A stretch of 17,219 nucleotides of DNA from an uncultured archaeon (GTDB taxonomy: Archaea > Asgardarchaeota > Lokiarchaeia > Sigyniarchaeales > Promethearchaeaceae). Made by a program: the position numbers and the translations under genes. This document shows positions 15,408 to 17,219 of the stretch, piece after piece. The stretch covers positions 1 to 17,219 of the forward strand of contig CAYRPF010000015.1 in NCBI GenBank assembly GCA_964426185.1, written 5' to 3'. Position 1 is the stretch's first letter; each line of letters starts with the position of its first letter. A model generated the notes under the pieces. It saw only the letters and a program-made list of their open reading frames with translations, did no database searches and was not told the origin of the DNA.

Positions 15408-15815
15408 ATGACACACGTACAAATGCACTGCGGCTACGGACATTCCGACTGGAACCATATATTCCAGCAATATGCCCAGCTTATGCCGTATGATTTAGAA
15501 GAAACTGCCGAAGAATATTTGATCACCATGCCTTTACCTGGCTTTCAAGCCGAAGCGGTACATATATCGCTCACCGCACACACCATATATATCGAAGCCA
15601 AACCTCCAGGGGTCGATGAAAAACCAGATGGAGAAGAAAAACCCAAAAAGATTGTATCTATGGGGAAAATGCTGTGGAATCGTCCAATCCGAGTCGAAAT
15701 TCCAGTCAGTGAAGAAATAGAAGAAGATAATGTAAAAGCAAAATTATCAAATGGGCTATTAATGGTTAAATTTAAGAAAAGACCGAAGAAAATTGTGAAA
15801 GTTGAAGAAGAGTAA
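15408..15815 (+). CDS. Small heat-shock protein (Hsp20/alpha-crystallin), paralogue 2
   Basis: PYDLEETAEEYLITMPLPGF...IEEDNVKAKLSNGLLMVKFKK, C-terminal IVKV (IxI/V-type) motif, GAGG SD. Confidence 0.9.
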   Translation: MTHVQMHCGYGHSDWNHIFQQYAQLMPYDLEETAEEYLITMPLPGFQAEAVHISLTAHTIYIEAKPPGVDEKPDGEEKPKKIVSMGKMLWNRPIRVEIPVSEEIEEDNVKAKLSNGLLMVKFKKRPKKIVKVEEE

Positions 15816-15829
15816 GCCAAATCTTACAA

Positions 15830-15842
15830 TTTTTTTTATTTT
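15830..15842 (+). terminator. Oligo-T archaeal terminator candidate
   Basis: T-tract about 15 nt after the last hsp20 stop, at a convergent gene junction. Confidence 0.45.
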
Positions 15843-16648
15843 CAAATTGGTTTTTGAGCAGAGATTTGGATATGACCTGCTTGCCCAATGAAGGAATATT
15901 TTTGACCGTATTTTATCTCCAATTCGAAAAATTCTTGATAGTGGGTGGTTAATTTCTTTTCCCGCTGTTTTCTAGGTAATGCACCCATAAAAATACCCTT
16001 TCCGAAGAGTGAAATATTAGTAAAGCCACAAGATTGAAACAAAGCAGTCAATTGTTCTGGAGTATATGTTTTAAGGGAATGTTCTTTGAAAAATTTAGTG
16101 ATACTGCTTCTTTCCAATTCTTTCAATACTGAAAATTGATTATATTTGATATGATTGAGAATATAAACAAATTTACTGTCAACTGAAGCTACGCAGAATC
16201 CACCAGGTGCTGTAATTCGATTCATTTCTTGAACAGCTATCTGATCATCCAGCGCGTATGAAATAACATCACCCAAAGCCATCACTAAATCATAGGAATC
16301 AGTGCTCCATTGAGAAAGATCTCGGATATCACCCTGTTTAAATTCGATTTGATCCATAACTTCAGCCTTTGCGGCTTTTTCTTCTGCAATGTGTAGCATA
16401 TCAGGAGATATATCAATACAATCGATAAAATATCCCATTTTTGCGAGTTTTATTGTCCATTTTCCCGTTCCACACCCAATATCCATTATACGACTCTTTT
16501 TATTTTTAGGGAGAAAGGGTTTAAGAAAATGCCAAGTTAAATCGTTATAGAGTTCCCAATACTTGTCTTCATAGTCTTTGTCATATAGTGGGGCTTTTTT
16601 TCGATAGTAATTCACAAGATGAGTGAGATCACTTTTTTTTTCTTTCAT
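15842..16648 (-). CDS. Class I SAM-dependent methyltransferase
   Basis: Motif I IMDIGCGTG, plus IDISPDML, GDIRDL, SYDLV and RITAPGG. The start overlaps the upstream gene by 20 nt. Confidence 0.92.
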   Translation of the reverse strand: MKEKKSDLTHLVNYYRKKAPLYDKDYEDKYWELYNDLTWHFLKPFLPKNKKSRIMDIGCGTGKWTIKLAKMGYFIDCIDISPDMLHIAEEKAAKAEVMDQIEFKQGDIRDLSQWSTDSYDLVMALGDVISYALDDQIAVQEMNRITAPGGFCVASVDSKFVYILNHIKYNQFSVLKELERSSITKFFKEHSLKTYTPEQLTALFQSCGFTNISLFGKGIFMGALPRKQREKKLTTHYQEFFELEIKYGQKYSFIGQAGHIQISAQKPI

Positions 16649-17219
16649 TTTTTATTTTCAGAAGATTTTTTTTAATTTTCTTGATGTTTTTATTTAGATT
16701 TTTAATATTCTTTTTAGTTCCTTTAATTAACTGCCTTAATGATCGCTTTTCTTGTTTATTTTGGGGAACTGCAGATTTTAATGTTTGTAGTTTTTGAGTT
16801 GCTTTTTCTTTTTGAAGTTGCAATCCTTTGAATTCCCTTTCTAAGGAATTTCCTTCAAGATTATCTGTGCAAGTGGTATAGTTACTTGCTTCAAGATTGA
16901 AAGAATTTGTTATGCGGGATTTTGCCATCCATTTTTGCTGATAGTTTAAACTCGCTAACTGCTCTTTGTGAAGACGACTCATTTCTGAAGCAGATTCAAT
17001 TTGCTTTTGTTTTATTAACATTATTTTTTCTCGTTCTAACTGCTCCCTTTCTAATTGCTCGTTTTCTAATCGTTCCCTTGCCAATTTATCTTTTTCTTTT
17101 CTTTCTTTTTCTTTTCGTTCTTGCTCTAATCTTTCTTGTTCCAATTGTTCTCTTTCTAAACGCTCCCGTTCTAATCTTTCTCTTTCTAAACGTTCACGTT
17201 CTAATCTCTCTCTTTCTAA
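16629..17219 (-). CDS. C-terminal part of a charged, LERER-repeat helical protein (5' end outside the window)
   Basis: The frame stays open from 17144 to the window edge (LERER x4, LEREQ...), so the track's TTG start is internal. Lys-rich coiled-coil C-terminus. Confidence 0.8.
   Translation of the reverse strand, partial: LERERLERERLERERLERERLEREQLEQERLEQERKEKERKEKDKLARERLENEQLEREQLEREKIMLIKQKQIESASEMSRLHKEQLASLNYQQKWMAKSRITNSFNLEASNYTTCTDNLEGNSLEREFKGLQLQKEKATQKLQTLKSAVPQNKQEKRSLRQLIKGTKKNIKNLNKNIKKIKKNLLKIKNERKKK
17025..17219 (-). repeat. Coding 15-bp degenerate tandem repeat, 13 visible pentapeptide units
   Basis: LERER LERER LERER LERER LEREQ LEQER LEQER KEKER KEKDK LARER LENEQ LEREQ LEREK. 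Confidence 0.9.

Noticed and set aside
13587-15820. Short ORFs 13587-13799, 14432-14677, 14722-14958, 14789-14980 and 15545-15820
   Set aside because: Antisense shadows of the longin-like, padR and hsp20 genes.
17025-17219. CRISPR-like repeat array
   Set aside because: Units are contiguous 15-mers without spacers and vary at synonymous positions, so this is a coding repeat.

Overview
AT-rich, gene-dense archaeal chromosomal segment, most likely from an Asgard (Lokiarchaeia-like) genome. This is inferred from GGTGA/GGAG Shine-Dalgarno sites, TATA-box promoters, RING-H2 and longin-like eukaryotic-signature proteins, and a Loki-CTERM-like anchor. From left to right it holds: two unknown secreted proteins, one apparently starting at ACG; a toxin-first HEPN/MNT toxin-antitoxin pair; a truncated histone-deacetylase-family remnant preceded by a GC-rich, fold-prone 129-nt element; an MFS transporter; a double RING-H2/coiled-coil/TPR putative E3 ligase; a thiBPQ thiamine ABC operon divergent from a thiamine pyrophosphokinase; a zinc-ribbon protein; a Nudix hydrolase; RidA; a longin-like protein; a PadR-Hsp20-orphan-Hsp20 operon with two matching palindromic operators flanking its TATA box; a SAM methyltransferase; and a LERER-repeat protein running off the right edge. 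The best candidates for undescribed biology are the PadR/sHSP circuit, whose regulator ends in an IPV (IxI/V) sHSP-docking-like motif, the tandem RING-TPR ligase, and the structured element at 2490-2618. All calls are from visual motif recognition; no searches were run.
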